A stretch of DNA of 64,000 nucleotides from Spirochaetia bacterium (GCA_965203905.1 CBDBDQ010000005.1:7552001-7616000), one strand, 5' to 3'. Shown: positions 28,542 to 39,316, numbered from the stretch's first letter. Notes: a model not told the origin generated them from the letters alone. Numbers and translations are program-made.

Positions 28542-29417
28542 ATGCCTGTGACGGAAGTCGGACAAGCGCACGTCGAAGGGTACCGCGGCGACGGCTACCT
28601 GCTGCTGCCGGGTATGTTCAGCGAGGCGGACCTGGAGCCGGTGCGCGTGGCGATCGAGGACGAGGTGGATCGACTCGCCGACCGCTTCTACCGGGAGGGC
28701 AAGGTGAGCTCGCGGTTCGCGGATCAGCCGTTCAACCGGCGCCTGGTCCTGCTCTGCGAGAGCGCCGGCGAGGAGGTGCGCATCTGGGAGCTCAGAACCC
28801 GGGCCGCCGTCACCCCGGAGCTGTACCAGTTCGTGCGGCACCCGCGGATGCTGGAGCTGATGACCGCACTCCTGGGGCCGGAGGTCGCCTGGACGGGGAG
28901 CTTCGCGGTCCGGGTCAAGCTGCCCGAGAGCGAGGAAAGCCGGTTTCCCTGGCACCAGGACACCCAGTACTACGGCAACCCTACGCAGCACCTGCACGTG
29001 ATCTCCGTGTGGATTCCGCTGGTGAATGTGGATGAACGGAACGGCTGCATGCAGCTCCTGTCCGGCAGCCATCGCTGGGGCCTGCTCGGCGGCGCCCGCG
29101 ACTCCGAACGGGTGGTGCGCATGTTCGAGGACGTGGAGCAGCGCGCCGCGCCAGTGGTCCTGCCGATGCGGCGCGGCGACGCGCTGGCGTTCAGCAACCT
29201 CACCTGCCACGCGAGCACCGTCAACAGCACCGACCAGATGCGCTGGAGCATTGACCTGCGCTACGTGGTGCCCGAAGCGGCAACCGCGCGCAACGACGAG
29301 GAGCGGCACGGCTACGCCACCATCTACGACCACTACCGGATGCGGCCCATCACCGTGACCAGCCGCGACCCGGACCAGGTCGTGCCTTGGGAACAGATCC
29401 GCAACCTGATCAGTTGA
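28542..29417 (+). CDS. PhyH-family Fe(II)/2OG dioxygenase
   Basis: DGYLLL, PWHQD, VWIPL..NGCM..GSH, CHAS..N..RWSIDLRY. Confidence 0.92.
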   Translation: MPVTEVGQAHVEGYRGDGYLLLPGMFSEADLEPVRVAIEDEVDRLADRFYREGKVSSRFADQPFNRRLVLLCESAGEEVRIWELRTRAAVTPELYQFVRHPRMLELMTALLGPEVAWTGSFAVRVKLPESEESRFPWHQDTQYYGNPTQHLHVISVWIPLVNVDERNGCMQLLSGSHRWGLLGGARDSERVVRMFEDVEQRAAPVVLPMRRGDALAFSNLTCHASTVNSTDQMRWSIDLRYVVPEAATARNDEERHGYATIYDHYRMRPITVTSRDPDQVVPWEQIRNLIS

Positions 29418-29438
29418 TACCCTCTCTACTACCCTTAC

Positions 29439-30500
29439 TCAGACGTTACTACCTCCATTCCTGAGGTAGCGCCAGCGGGCACCCGGCCCGCGGCCTCGGC
29501 AGCTGACCTCGCCGGATTTCTTCAGATCGGCAAGAAGGGTGCGGATCCACTCACGTCCGACGCCGGGACAGTCGCGTTCCAGGTCGCTCAGGCGGAATTC
29601 GCCCGGCTGCGCGCGAATCGCTGCGAGCACCAGCCCTGACTTGCCGCCCCGCGGGGTCGTGACCTGCCCCACCCGCTTCTCCAACTCGACGTAGCCGCGC
29701 CGAATGATCGAGAACAGGAAGTTGAACCACGGGGTCAGTTCGTGCCCGCGGTCGTGCCAGCCTTGCGAGCTGCGGTAGAGAGACTCGTAGTAGTCGTCCC
29801 GAGACTCTTCGATCAGACGTTCGAGGCTGAGGTAGCGGCCGACCTCGTAGCCGTGCTGGTTGAGCGCCAGCAGGGTGAGCAGCCGCGACACGCGTCCGTT
29901 GCCGTCCCGGAACGGGTGGATGCAGAGGAAATCCAGGACCAGTGCGGCAATAGCGATCAACGGCGGAATGTTGTCCTGGTCGAGCGCGTGGCGGTAGCGT
30001 TGGCACAGCTCCGCAGCCGCGGCCGGTGTCTCCGCCGCCGGGACGCAGCGGAATCGGACAATCGGCGCCTGCCCTTCCCGGAGTTCCACGATGTCGTTGT
30101 CGACCCGTTTGAACTGCCCGGCATCGCCGCTTGACGACTGGCAATGCGCGTGCAAGTGCAGCAGCGTGTCCGGTGTGATGGCAAGCGAGGCGGCACCGGT
30201 ATGAATCTCGTGCAGCGCTCGGCGGTAGCCCTGGACCTCCTGTTCGGATCGGTCGCGGGGTGTGGCCCTGCCGAGCACCAGGGCGTGCAGGCGGTCGTGA
30301 CCGACCGTCACACCTTCTATCCGATTGGACGACTCCACGCTCTGAATCGTGGCCGAGTCGCGGAGCGCCTTGAGGACTTGTGGCGACTGGCGGGAAAACA
30401 GCTCCTGCTTCCCCTTGAATTCGGCGATGTCATTGAGCAGCCAAGCCGTGCTCATGGGAATCGCATGGTCACACAGTCGCTGGTCGCGGAACGAATTCAT
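29439..30500 (-). CDS. Fic-domain protein with C-terminal HTH
   Basis: HPFRDGNGRVSR; N-terminal inhibitory-type SNRIEG motif. Confidence 0.93.
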   Translation of the reverse strand: MNSFRDQRLCDHAIPMSTAWLLNDIAEFKGKQELFSRQSPQVLKALRDSATIQSVESSNRIEGVTVGHDRLHALVLGRATPRDRSEQEVQGYRRALHEIHTGAASLAITPDTLLHLHAHCQSSSGDAGQFKRVDNDIVELREGQAPIVRFRCVPAAETPAAAAELCQRYRHALDQDNIPPLIAIAALVLDFLCIHPFRDGNGRVSRLLTLLALNQHGYEVGRYLSLERLIEESRDDYYESLYRSSQGWHDRGHELTPWFNFLFSIIRRGYVELEKRVGQVTTPRGGKSGLVLAAIRAQPGEFRLSDLERDCPGVGREWIRTLLADLKKSGEVSCRGRGPGARWRYLRNGGSNV

Positions 30501-30546
30501 GGTCGGCTACGCGCCCGGAAGGTCACCTCGGCACCACCATATGAGG

Positions 30547-30575
30547 TTGCCGGGTGCCGGACAACCTCATATCCT
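30547..30575 (+). promoter_or_regulatory. sigma70-like promoter, probably leaderless
   Basis: TTGCCG-17 bp-TATCCT, 6 nt to ATG 30582. Confidence 0.6.
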
Positions 30576-30581
30576 GTCGCC

Positions 30582-31448
30582 ATGGCCACTGCCCTGCCCC
30601 TGGTTTCCTACTCCACGCTGGAGGATCAGATCGAGGCGCTGGAGCGGGACGGGTACCTCTATATTCCCGGGTTCCTGAACGCCGACGAGGTCGCCGAGCT
30701 GCGGGCCGCCGCCGAGCGCATCGAGCCGCTGCCGGAGAACCTGGACACCGACATGACGTCGGAGCGCGACGGCTACCTGAACAAGTGCATCAACAACGCG
30801 TTCAACCGCGATCCGCTGTTCCTCAAGTACCTCGACAAGCCGGGCCTGATCGACCTGGCCGAGGCGATCCATGGCAGCGACTGCCACATCATCGCCATGC
30901 ACACCTGGATGGTGGGGCCGGGCCGGCCCGACCAGACCCTGCACACCGACTGGCTGCCGATCTCGCTGCCGGAGGATGTGGCGGCAGACCCGCGGGTGCG
31001 CCTCCCCATCTTCATCACCACCGCCCACGTCTACCTGGACGACATCAGCGAGGAGATGGGGCCCACCGTCATCGTTCCCGGCAGCCACCGTTCCGGCCGC
31101 GCTCCGGACCCGGCGCAGGACGCCAACCGGCGCAATGACCGCAGCCGCGCCAACGGCGGCAGCCCGGCGTCCTCGCCGCCGGCGGTGGAGTGGAACGGCG
31201 TGGGCGAGCACAGCCCGCTGTGCAAGGCGGGTGACTGCCTGTTCTTCCGCTGCGAGCTGTGGCACCGCGGCGCCGCCAACCACAGCGACCGCGTCCGCCA
31301 CACCTTCATGATCCACTACGCACACCGCATGATCACCCAGAAGTTTCCACCCTATCTGAAGTTCCGCTTCGACCCCGAAATCGTTGCCCGCGCCACGCCG
31401 CGCCAGCGCCGGCTGCTCGGCGAGCATGCCCAGAGCAACTACGACTGA
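30582..31448 (+). CDS. PhyH-family Fe(II)/2OG dioxygenase
   Basis: RDGYLYI, LHTD, GPTVIVPGSH, LWHRGAAN. Confidence 0.92.
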   Translation: MATALPLVSYSTLEDQIEALERDGYLYIPGFLNADEVAELRAAAERIEPLPENLDTDMTSERDGYLNKCINNAFNRDPLFLKYLDKPGLIDLAEAIHGSDCHIIAMHTWMVGPGRPDQTLHTDWLPISLPEDVAADPRVRLPIFITTAHVYLDDISEEMGPTVIVPGSHRSGRAPDPAQDANRRNDRSRANGGSPASSPPAVEWNGVGEHSPLCKAGDCLFFRCELWHRGAANHSDRVRHTFMIHYAHRMITQKFPPYLKFRFDPEIVARATPRQRRLLGEHAQSNYD

Positions 31449-31463
31449 GACAGGAGGCCGCCG

Positions 31464-32612
31464 ATGAGCGATCAGTACCCTCCGTTGGCCGAAGTACGGC
31501 GGGATCTGCGGGTGCAGTGGTACCGCTGCCCCATCGACCCGGCGCGCCTGCGCGAACTGATGCAGCGCAGCGACCGCAGCGGCTGGATGCAGGCGGGCGG
31601 GCACCTGCTGCTGTTCCTGGCCACCGGCCTGCTGGTGTACCTGTTCTGGTCCACGCAACTGTGGCTCGGGTTCGCGGTCGCCCTGTTCCTGCACGGCACC
31701 TTCGCCAGCTTCATCCCTGGCCTCGCCACCCACGAGCTCAACCACGGCACCGTGTTCCGCACCCGCTGGCTCAACAAGGCGTTCCTGTACGGTTTCTGCC
31801 TGATAAGCTGGTACGACCCGTTCGAGTACGCGGTGAGCCACACCTACCATCACCGCTACACCCTGCACCCGCACGGCGACCGCGAAGTGCTGCTGCCGCT
31901 GGCGCCGACGGTCGGGTCCACCTTCCTGCTGCAGTTGTTCACCGTGAACCTGCTCACGCGGCCGAAGCGCACCCTGGGCAAGGGCGGGCTGATCCCCACC
32001 CTGGTGGCGACCGTGGCGGCCGCCATCGGCGTGTTCGGGCCGGCCAGGATCCCCAGCCGCGAGTGGCTGCAGGCGCTGCACCGCGACCAGCCGGAGGAGG
32101 AGCGCAACTCGATGTGGTGGGCGCGGCTGCTGCTCCTGTTCCACGGCGCCGTGCTGGTGCTCTCGCTCAGCAACGGCCTGTGGGTGCTGCCGATCATCGT
32201 GAGCTGCTTCCCCTTCATCGCCAACTGGCTCACCTACTTCGTGGGCCTGCCGATGCACTGCGGCCTGCGCGACAACGTCCCGGATTTCCGCAAGTGCGTC
32301 CGCTCCATCACCCTGCCGCGGTTCGTGGAATTCGTGTACTGGCACATGAACTGGCACACCGAGCACCACATGTACGCCGGGGTGCCCTGCTACCACCTGG
32401 CGAAGCTGTACCGGGAGGTGGCCGCGGACATGCCGCCGCCGCGCACCCTGGTGCAGGCCTGGCGCGAGATGCGGGCCATCTGGCGGCGGCAGAAGAGCGA
32501 GCCGGACTACCAGTTCGACACCCCCCTGCCGGAGGGCGCGGGCAGCACCCCGGACCACCAGCCGGACGCGGTGGAGGAATCGATCGGCGAGCTGGCCCCG
32601 AAGCGCCTGTGA
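31464..32612 (+). CDS. Fatty-acid-desaturase-superfamily membrane di-iron enzyme
   Basis: His boxes HELNH, HTYHH, HTEHH; RBS AGGAGG. Confidence 0.9.
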   Translation: MSDQYPPLAEVRRDLRVQWYRCPIDPARLRELMQRSDRSGWMQAGGHLLLFLATGLLVYLFWSTQLWLGFAVALFLHGTFASFIPGLATHELNHGTVFRTRWLNKAFLYGFCLISWYDPFEYAVSHTYHHRYTLHPHGDREVLLPLAPTVGSTFLLQLFTVNLLTRPKRTLGKGGLIPTLVATVAAAIGVFGPARIPSREWLQALHRDQPEEERNSMWWARLLLLFHGAVLVLSLSNGLWVLPIIVSCFPFIANWLTYFVGLPMHCGLRDNVPDFRKCVRSITLPRFVEFVYWHMNWHTEHHMYAGVPCYHLAKLYREVAADMPPPRTLVQAWREMRAIWRRQKSEPDYQFDTPLPEGAGSTPDHQPDAVEESIGELAPKRL

Positions 32613-32664
32613 GCGCCGGCGCCTGCAGCCGGGCGCCATAGCCAAGCGCCGGTAGCCAGGCGAA

Positions 32665-34314
32665 TCAGCGTCCGGGCGGCAGCTCCTCCGGCCTCAGGTA
32701 GTAGCCCTTGAGGCATGCCTTGCCGGAAGGCGAGTCCTCGTTGGTGTAGTCGGCGACGAACAGCCGTCCATCCGGCAGCGGAACCCAGCTCGAGTAGCCG
32801 TGATCGGGACTGGGGTTGGAGTTGTAGTCCAACTCCAGCCAGCGATCGATCTCGTACTGATTGGGACACTCGTTGCTCGCGGCCTGCCACTCGTAGCGGT
32901 GGTCATGGTCGGTCGGGTTCTCGACCCGGTAGCGGACCGAGCGCAGACTCAGCGTGCCGCCGTGCTCCGGATCGCTGCCGAACCAGGAGCGCTCCAGCAG
33001 CGTCTCCTGGAACACCAGGTTGCGAATCACCGACTTCCCGTCCACATGGATCTCGATCTTGCCGTCCCGGTACTCGACGGTGAGCTCCCGCCACCGCCCC
33101 ATATCGACGGCACATGACTGGTCGATCGCGCGGCCGCCGTTCAGGCTGAGCCGGTCGGCTCCGATGAGCAGGTCTACGCCGACCCTGGCCAGCTTGATCC
33201 GGCCGCAGAATGCGCCCCCGTCGCCGGTCGCCCTGACCGCCCCGCTGAACGACACGTCGCTGTAGAGGCTCTCGGGAGGGAACAGGTGGTAGCGGATGCC
33301 GTCGATGCGCTCATTGGCGATCACCAGGGCGCCGCCGGTCAGCGTGACGTGCTCGGCAAGCCGCTCCAGGTGAGCTCGCGAAGCTCCCGCGGAGCCCGCT
33401 GCCGCCCCGCTCACGCGGTGCGCCGGTCCGCCGGCGGACAGCGATACCCGGTAGCCCGCCGCCTGCTCCAGGTCCCCGACCCAGGCGTAGAGCCCGGGAA
33501 CGCCGCCCTGGTTGCGGTGCGTCACCAGCACCCGCCCGTCGTCGAGCTGGCCGGGAAACGGACGGTCTCCCGAGAAGGGCGCCGGGACCGGCTCCGACCA
33601 ACTGCGGCCGGCGTCGTCGGAGAACGCCAGGTAGGACGGGTAGTTGTTGTGGTTGCTCTCGCGCATGATGCACGCCAGCCGGCCGGAGCGGAGCGGCAGC
33701 AGCGCCCCCTCGACGAAGTGGTGGACCCGGTCGCTGGCCACGATCGCCAGCCGCTGCCAGGTCCTGCCGCCGTCGGTGGAGCGCGAAACCGCTTCGCCCT
33801 TCTTGCGGGTGGCGCGGAACATATAGTGGGAGCCGACCAGCAGGGTGCCGTCCTCCAGCTCGCGCACCCGGTCCGGCTCGATGCCGGGTATGCCGGTCGC
33901 GACTCGCGGACCCCAGGTGTCCCCATCGTCCTCGCTCCACCAGGCGTAGATGCCCGGCGGCTGCGATTCGTGACAGTGCTGGTAGTCGTTCTGGTCGCAC
34001 AGGATCACCAGCCGCCCGTCGCGCAGCCGGCTGATGCGCGGCGTGACCCAGCGTTCCTCGCCGCGGCTCCGGTACGCCTGGTCCACGATGCGGGGACTGC
34101 CCCAGGTGGCGCCGTGGTCGCTGCTCTCCAGCACCGTGATACGGGAGAACTCCCTGGGCCAGTGGTAGTCGGTTTCGTTGAACACGCACAGCAGCTTGCC
34201 GCCGGGCAGGAGCACGATGTCGGGATTCTTGGTGAAGTAGCGGTCGTCCCGGTAGATGGTTACCTGGCGCTCGCTCCGATCCAGGCTGAGCGCGCTGACC
34301 CGCGGTGGCGCCAT
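32665..34314 (-). CDS. Sialidase-like BNR/Asp-box glycosidase
   Basis: Asp boxes SSDHGATW, SEDDGDTW, STDGGRTW, SDDAGRSW; no signal peptide. Confidence 0.85.
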   Translation of the reverse strand: MAPPRVSALSLDRSERQVTIYRDDRYFTKNPDIVLLPGGKLLCVFNETDYHWPREFSRITVLESSDHGATWGSPRIVDQAYRSRGEERWVTPRISRLRDGRLVILCDQNDYQHCHESQPPGIYAWWSEDDGDTWGPRVATGIPGIEPDRVRELEDGTLLVGSHYMFRATRKKGEAVSRSTDGGRTWQRLAIVASDRVHHFVEGALLPLRSGRLACIMRESNHNNYPSYLAFSDDAGRSWSEPVPAPFSGDRPFPGQLDDGRVLVTHRNQGGVPGLYAWVGDLEQAAGYRVSLSAGGPAHRVSGAAAGSAGASRAHLERLAEHVTLTGGALVIANERIDGIRYHLFPPESLYSDVSFSGAVRATGDGGAFCGRIKLARVGVDLLIGADRLSLNGGRAIDQSCAVDMGRWRELTVEYRDGKIEIHVDGKSVIRNLVFQETLLERSWFGSDPEHGGTLSLRSVRYRVENPTDHDHRYEWQAASNECPNQYEIDRWLELDYNSNPSPDHGYSSWVPLPDGRLFVADYTNEDSPSGKACLKGYYLRPEELPPGR

Positions 34315-34316
34315 GC

Positions 34317-35138
34317 TCAGGGCATGAACAGGCCGCCACTGACGTGGAGGCACTGTCCGGTGACGTATTCGGCGCCATCCGAGGCGAAGAACGCGACCGC
34401 GTGGGCCACGTCTTCCGGCTCCCCTCGGCGGCGGGTGAGAATCGGGATGCCGAGCCAGCGCAACTCCTGCTCCTCGTCGATGCGCACCGGCTCGGTACGC
34501 TCCTCCTCCACGTCCCGGTACTTGCGGATCATGCAGGGAAGGATGGCGTTGGCCGTGACGTAGGGCGCACCCTCGTGGGCGATGCCCTTGGTCATCGCGA
34601 TCAGGGCCGCCTTGGAGGCGGCATAGGTGGCAAACGAGCCGCCGCCGGTCCCGTACACCGCTATGTTGGAAGAGATCGTCACGAAGCGCCCGAACCTGCG
34701 CTCCATCATGCCCGGCAGCAACTTGCGGGCCAGGGCGAAGGTGGCACGCGCGTTGACGTTCATCACCCGGTCCCATTCCTCGTAGGTCGTGTCGACGATC
34801 TTGTGCGGCTGGCCGGTCCCGCTGTTGCTCACCAGGATGTCCACCCTGCCGCAGGCGGCCTCCGCCTGGCGCACCAGCTCCTCGCACTGCGCGACGTCGG
34901 CGACGTCGGCCTGGACCGTGACCGCGCGCCTGCCCATGGCGGTGACCTTGCCGCAGACCTTGTTCGCCTCGTCGCGGCTGGTGTGGTAGTTGATCACCAC
35001 GTCGGCACCGGCCCGCGCCAGTGCCAGTGAGATGGTGGCCCCGATGCTGCGCCCGCCGCCGGTGACCAGCGCCACCCTGCCGGCCAGGTCAATCGCTCCT
35101 GTCTTCGACTCGATCACTGATTCCCGCCTCCTGCTCAT
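34317..35138 (-). CDS. SDR oxidoreductase (FabG-like)
   Basis: TGGGRSIG, YAASK, GQCLHVSGG. Confidence 0.9.
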   Translation of the reverse strand: MSRRRESVIESKTGAIDLAGRVALVTGGGRSIGATISLALARAGADVVINYHTSRDEANKVCGKVTAMGRRAVTVQADVADVAQCEELVRQAEAACGRVDILVSNSGTGQPHKIVDTTYEEWDRVMNVNARATFALARKLLPGMMERRFGRFVTISSNIAVYGTGGGSFATYAASKAALIAMTKGIAHEGAPYVTANAILPCMIRKYRDVEEERTEPVRIDEEQELRWLGIPILTRRRGEPEDVAHAVAFFASDGAEYVTGQCLHVSGGLFMP

Positions 35139-35161
35139 CGATTCCTGTTCCGCTGGTGCCG

Positions 35162-36166
35162 TCACGAAAGTGGAAAGTGGCACGCCACCTGACGCTCGCC
35201 GCCCCGAAAGGACAGCAGTTCCGGCTCTTCGGCCTGACAGATCTCCTGGACGTACGGGCAGCGGGTATGGAACGGACATCCGGCCGGCCGCTCGGCCGCC
35301 CCCGGGATGTCTCCCCGCAGCATGATCCTGCGCGCACTCAGATGTGGATTCGGCTCCGGAATGGCCGAGAACAGCGCCTCCGTATACGGGTAGAGGGGCT
35401 TCTCGAACACCTCGTCGGTGTCGCCGATCTCCACGATCTTTCCAAGGTACATGATGGCGATCCGGTCACTCACGTGCCGGATCACGCTCAGATCGTGGGT
35501 GACGAAGAGGATCGACAGGTTCATCTCCTGCTGCAGGTCGAGCAGGAGGTTGAGGATCTGTGCCTGTACCGATACGTCCAACGCCGATGTCGGCTCATCG
35601 GCCAACAGCAGCTTCGGATCCGTAGCCAGCGCGCGCCCTATCCCGATGCGCTGCTGCTGACCGCCGCTCAACATGAAGGGGTAGCGATTCAGATGGACGT
35701 GGTCCAGCCGTACGCTCTTCATGATCCGCTCCACTCTCTCGTCCAGCTCGTCTCTATCGTCCACCAAGTGGTACGCCTTTATCGGCTCGGCAATGATGTC
35801 CCTGACTCTGAACCTCGGATTCAAGGATGACTGAGGATCCTGGAATATGACGCGGATCTGCTGCCGCAGGCGCTTGAGCGCGTCCTTCTCCAGCATCATG
35901 ATGTCGGTAGAATCACCATCGCCATCGGCGTTGAACAGAATCTGCCCGGCGGTCGGCTCCACGGCTCGCACGATAGCCCGCAGCGTCGTGGTCTTGCCAC
36001 ACCCGCTCTCCCCCACCAGCCCCAGCGTCTCACCATCGTGGATGGAAAAACTTATCTCATCAACCGCGCTGATCCACCCCACCGTGCGCTTGAAGATGCC
36101 GCGACGTATGGGAAAGTCTTTACGCAGACCCTTCACCTCGAGCACCGGCCTGGCTTCAGCCTGCAT
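35162..36166 (-). CDS. Peptide ABC transporter ATPase (OppF)
   Basis: GESGCGKT, LSGGQQQR, GCPFHTRC; close paralog of 1669-2691. Confidence 0.94.
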   Translation of the reverse strand: MQAEARPVLEVKGLRKDFPIRRGIFKRTVGWISAVDEISFSIHDGETLGLVGESGCGKTTTLRAIVRAVEPTAGQILFNADGDGDSTDIMMLEKDALKRLRQQIRVIFQDPQSSLNPRFRVRDIIAEPIKAYHLVDDRDELDERVERIMKSVRLDHVHLNRYPFMLSGGQQQRIGIGRALATDPKLLLADEPTSALDVSVQAQILNLLLDLQQEMNLSILFVTHDLSVIRHVSDRIAIMYLGKIVEIGDTDEVFEKPLYPYTEALFSAIPEPNPHLSARRIMLRGDIPGAAERPAGCPFHTRCPYVQEICQAEEPELLSFRGGERQVACHFPLS

Positions 36167-37160
36167 ACAGATGGCACCTTGCGTAGTGGTTCTCGCCCAC
36201 CTCCAGCAGAGGCGGAACGGCTGCATCACAGGTTCCCGCCATGAACTCCGGACACCGGTCACTGAACAGGCACCCCCGAGGTCGCGCGAAGGCATCGGGC
36301 AATGCCCCGCCGATTACGGCGAGGTGCTGTTTGCGCTTGATGTCCGTGCGCGGAATCGACTTGAACAGGAGCTGGGTATAGGGATGTCTCGGTGCATCGT
36401 AGATGGCCGTCACCGAGCCCATCTCCACCACCCTTCCCAGGTACATGACAATGACTTCCCGGCACACCTGGGCAATCACTCCCAGGTCGTGGGTAATGAA
36501 CAGCACCGACATGTCCCGCTCTTCCTCGAGCCTGCTCAGGAGGTCCAGGAACTTCGCCTGAATCGTCACGTCGATCGCGGTAGTCGGCTCATCCGCTATC
36601 AGCAGATCCGGCTCCGCGGCCAGTGCCACGGCCATCAGGGCACGCTGCCGCATACCCCCGCTCAACTCGAACGAATATGCCTTCAGATGACTCTTCGGTT
36701 TGGGTATGCCCACCTCGTCGAGCAGCTCGACCGCCTTCTCCCTGGCCTCCTTCGGCGCCACCCTGGGATAGTGCGTGCGAATCGATTCGACAATCTGGTT
36801 GCCAATGGTATGCACCGGGCTCAGGCAGGTCATGGGATCCTGGAAGATCATGGCGATCCTCCTGCCGCGATACTCCCGTATCTCCTTGCCGTTCGGATCC
36901 AGGCTCAGCAAGTCCACGGAACTCCCGCCGTCCGCAGGTTGAAACAGCACCTTCCCGTGCTCCAGCTTGCCGGGGATCTGCACGATGTTGAGCAGCGCAC
37001 GAGCCGTGACCGACTTGCCGCAGCCGCTCTCCCCGACCAGGCCAACCGAGGTCTTTGCTCGCAGATCGAAGGAAACATCGTCCACCGCGTGCACCACGCC
37101 GCTGTCGGTGTAGAAGTTCACCGTCAGATTTCTGATCCGGAGCAGTGGCTGCGCTGCCAT
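36156..37160 (-). CDS. Peptide ABC transporter ATPase (OppD)
   Basis: [16 protein letters not shown]; close paralog of 641-1672. Confidence 0.94.
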   Translation of the reverse strand: MAAQPLLRIRNLTVNFYTDSGVVHAVDDVSFDLRAKTSVGLVGESGCGKSVTARALLNIVQIPGKLEHGKVLFQPADGGSSVDLLSLDPNGKEIREYRGRRIAMIFQDPMTCLSPVHTIGNQIVESIRTHYPRVAPKEAREKAVELLDEVGIPKPKSHLKAYSFELSGGMRQRALMAVALAAEPDLLIADEPTTAIDVTIQAKFLDLLSRLEEERDMSVLFITHDLGVIAQVCREVIVMYLGRVVEMGSVTAIYDAPRHPYTQLLFKSIPRTDIKRKQHLAVIGGALPDAFARPRGCLFSDRCPEFMAGTCDAAVPPLLEVGENHYARCHLYAG

Positions 37161-37173
37161 GGTGCCGTGCCGG

Positions 37174-38283
37174 CTACTTGTAGGGATCCGCCGCATCGCG
37201 CAGTCCATCGCCGAAAAAGTTGAAGGCCAGGACGATGATGACGACGAACAGCCCCGGAAGGAAGAGCCACGGTGCGGACACCACCGTCCTGGTATTCTGT
37301 GCCGCCGCGAGCAGCACGCCCCAACTGATGGCGGGCGCTCTCAGTCCGATGCCAAGAAAGCTGAGGCTGGTCTCCCCCAGGATCATGCCCGGTATGGACA
37401 GGCTCGCCGACGCCACGATGTGACTGAAGAACGAAGGCAGCATGTGGCGGAACATGATACCACCGGTGGTAACGCCGTCGAGCCGCGCCGAGACCACGAA
37501 GTCCTCGCCTCTGAGCGACAGGAATTTGCCGCGCACGACACGCGCCATGCCTGGCCATCCCAGGAACGACAGGATGACGGAGATGGCGAAGAAGACCTGG
37601 ATCACGGACCAGTCGAGCGGGAGAGCCGCGCTCAGCCCCATCCACAACGGGAGCGTCGGAATGGAAGTAAGCACCTCGATTATTCGCTGGATGGTGATGT
37701 CGAGAAACCCGCCGAAGTAACCGGACAGCGAACCTAATGTGATGCCGATCAGGAAACTGATGGCGACGCCGACGAAGCCAATCGAGAGCGAAAGCCGGGC
37801 ACCATAGATGACGCGCGACAACAGGTCGCGGCCGTCGGTATCGGTGCCGAAGAAGTACACTCTTGCATCCGCCGTGGTACCGGCAAGGTGGAGGTCACTG
37901 TGCCACAGGCCCCACAGTCGGTAGGAGTCGCCGCGGACCAACAGCGCGACCGGATAGGTCGTGGTCCGATCCACTTGGTAACGGTGGCCAAAGCCGGGTT
38001 TCTTCTGCAACCCATACACGAACGGCCACTGCAATCGGCCGTCGGCAAAGATACGGATCAGCATTGGGGGTGCCGATGGATGCTGGATGTCACGCACACC
38101 AGGATCGTAGGGTGCAAAGAATTCCGCGAACACCGCGATGCAGTACAACGCCAGGATCACGACCCCGGAGACGACCGCCACCCGGTTCTTCCGGAACTTG
38201 CGCCAGGTCAACTGCCACTGCGACGCAGCATACGGAGGGTCTCCGGCGCGACCCGCTCGCAGTCTCGGCCTCGCTTTCAACAT
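37174..38283 (-). CDS. OppC-type permease
   Basis: FGTDTDGRDLLSRVIYGAR; [12 protein letters not shown]. Confidence 0.94.
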   Translation of the reverse strand: MLKARPRLRAGRAGDPPYAASQWQLTWRKFRKNRVAVVSGVVILALYCIAVFAEFFAPYDPGVRDIQHPSAPPMLIRIFADGRLQWPFVYGLQKKPGFGHRYQVDRTTTYPVALLVRGDSYRLWGLWHSDLHLAGTTADARVYFFGTDTDGRDLLSRVIYGARLSLSIGFVGVAISFLIGITLGSLSGYFGGFLDITIQRIIEVLTSIPTLPLWMGLSAALPLDWSVIQVFFAISVILSFLGWPGMARVVRGKFLSLRGEDFVVSARLDGVTTGGIMFRHMLPSFFSHIVASASLSIPGMILGETSLSFLGIGLRAPAISWGVLLAAAQNTRTVVSAPWLFLPGLFVVIIVLAFNFFGDGLRDAADPYK

Positions 38284-38289
38284 GGTCCG

Positions 38290-39276
38290 TCAGGTGTACC
38301 GGATTCTCGGGTCCACGATCGCCAGCAGAATGTCGGACAGGAATACGCCGGCGATCGTGAACACGGAAATCAGCATCAGGTAGGCTCCGGCCAACTGCAT
38401 GTCCTGCGTCAGCAGCGCCTCCAGGAACAGTGGGCCCGCGGTCGGGAGTCCGAGCACCACCGAGACTATCACTTCACCCGAAACTATGCCGGGCAGCACC
38501 CAGCCAACCGACGAAATGAAGGGATTGATGGCAATCCGTACCGGGTACTTGAACACCAGGCGGCGCTCCGACAGCCCCTTCGCCCGCGCCATCTCGACAT
38601 AGGACTTGCCCAGCTCGTCGAGCAGGTTGGCACGGGTGATGCGGATCAGCCCCGCGGTCCCGGCGGTGCCGATGACCACGATGGGAATCCACACGTGCTT
38701 CAACAGATCCACCACTTTCCCCACACTCCACGAGGCCCGCAAGTATTCGGTCGAGAACAGGCCACCGATGGAGATCCCGAACAGGACATTGCTGGAATAG
38801 AGCAGCACCAGGGCCAGCAGAAAATCAGGAATGGATAGACCGAGAAAGCCGATCAAGGTCCAGAACCGGTCGGGGATGGAATACTGATGGGTGGCCGAAT
38901 AGATGCCGATGGGGAAGCCGACGGTCCAGACGAACAGGGTGGAGGACAGCGAGATCACCATGCTGGTGACAAAACGGCCCGCCACGATTTCCTTTACCGG
39001 GGCGCGCCAGGAGAGGGAGTAGCCGAGGTCACCCCTCAGGAGATGCCCGATCCACCTGAGGTAGCGAATGTGGAGCGGCTTGTCCAGGCCCCACGCCTTG
39101 CGCAACTCCTCCTCGACCGAACTCATGCTTGCAGATTCGGTGCGTTGCGCTTCCGCGGTAATGTAACTGGTAACGAAGTCGCCCGGCGGCGCTTCCATGA
39201 TCAGGAATGAGAGCATCGAAATGAGAAGCAGAGTGGGGGCCGTGAGCAAGAGGCGACGAATGAGGTACGTGGTCAA
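38290..39276 (-). CDS. OppB-type permease
   Basis: YLIRRLL, RANLLDEL..YVEMARAKGL, VDPRIRY. Confidence 0.94.
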   Translation of the reverse strand: MTTYLIRRLLLTAPTLLLISMLSFLIMEAPPGDFVTSYITAEAQRTESASMSSVEEELRKAWGLDKPLHIRYLRWIGHLLRGDLGYSLSWRAPVKEIVAGRFVTSMVISLSSTLFVWTVGFPIGIYSATHQYSIPDRFWTLIGFLGLSIPDFLLALVLLYSSNVLFGISIGGLFSTEYLRASWSVGKVVDLLKHVWIPIVVIGTAGTAGLIRITRANLLDELGKSYVEMARAKGLSERRLVFKYPVRIAINPFISSVGWVLPGIVSGEVIVSVVLGLPTAGPLFLEALLTQDMQLAGAYLMLISVFTIAGVFLSDILLAIVDPRIRYT

Positions 39277-39316
39277 GGAGCCTCCTGGTGACGGACGCCG
39301 GGACCCAGCGGGATGC

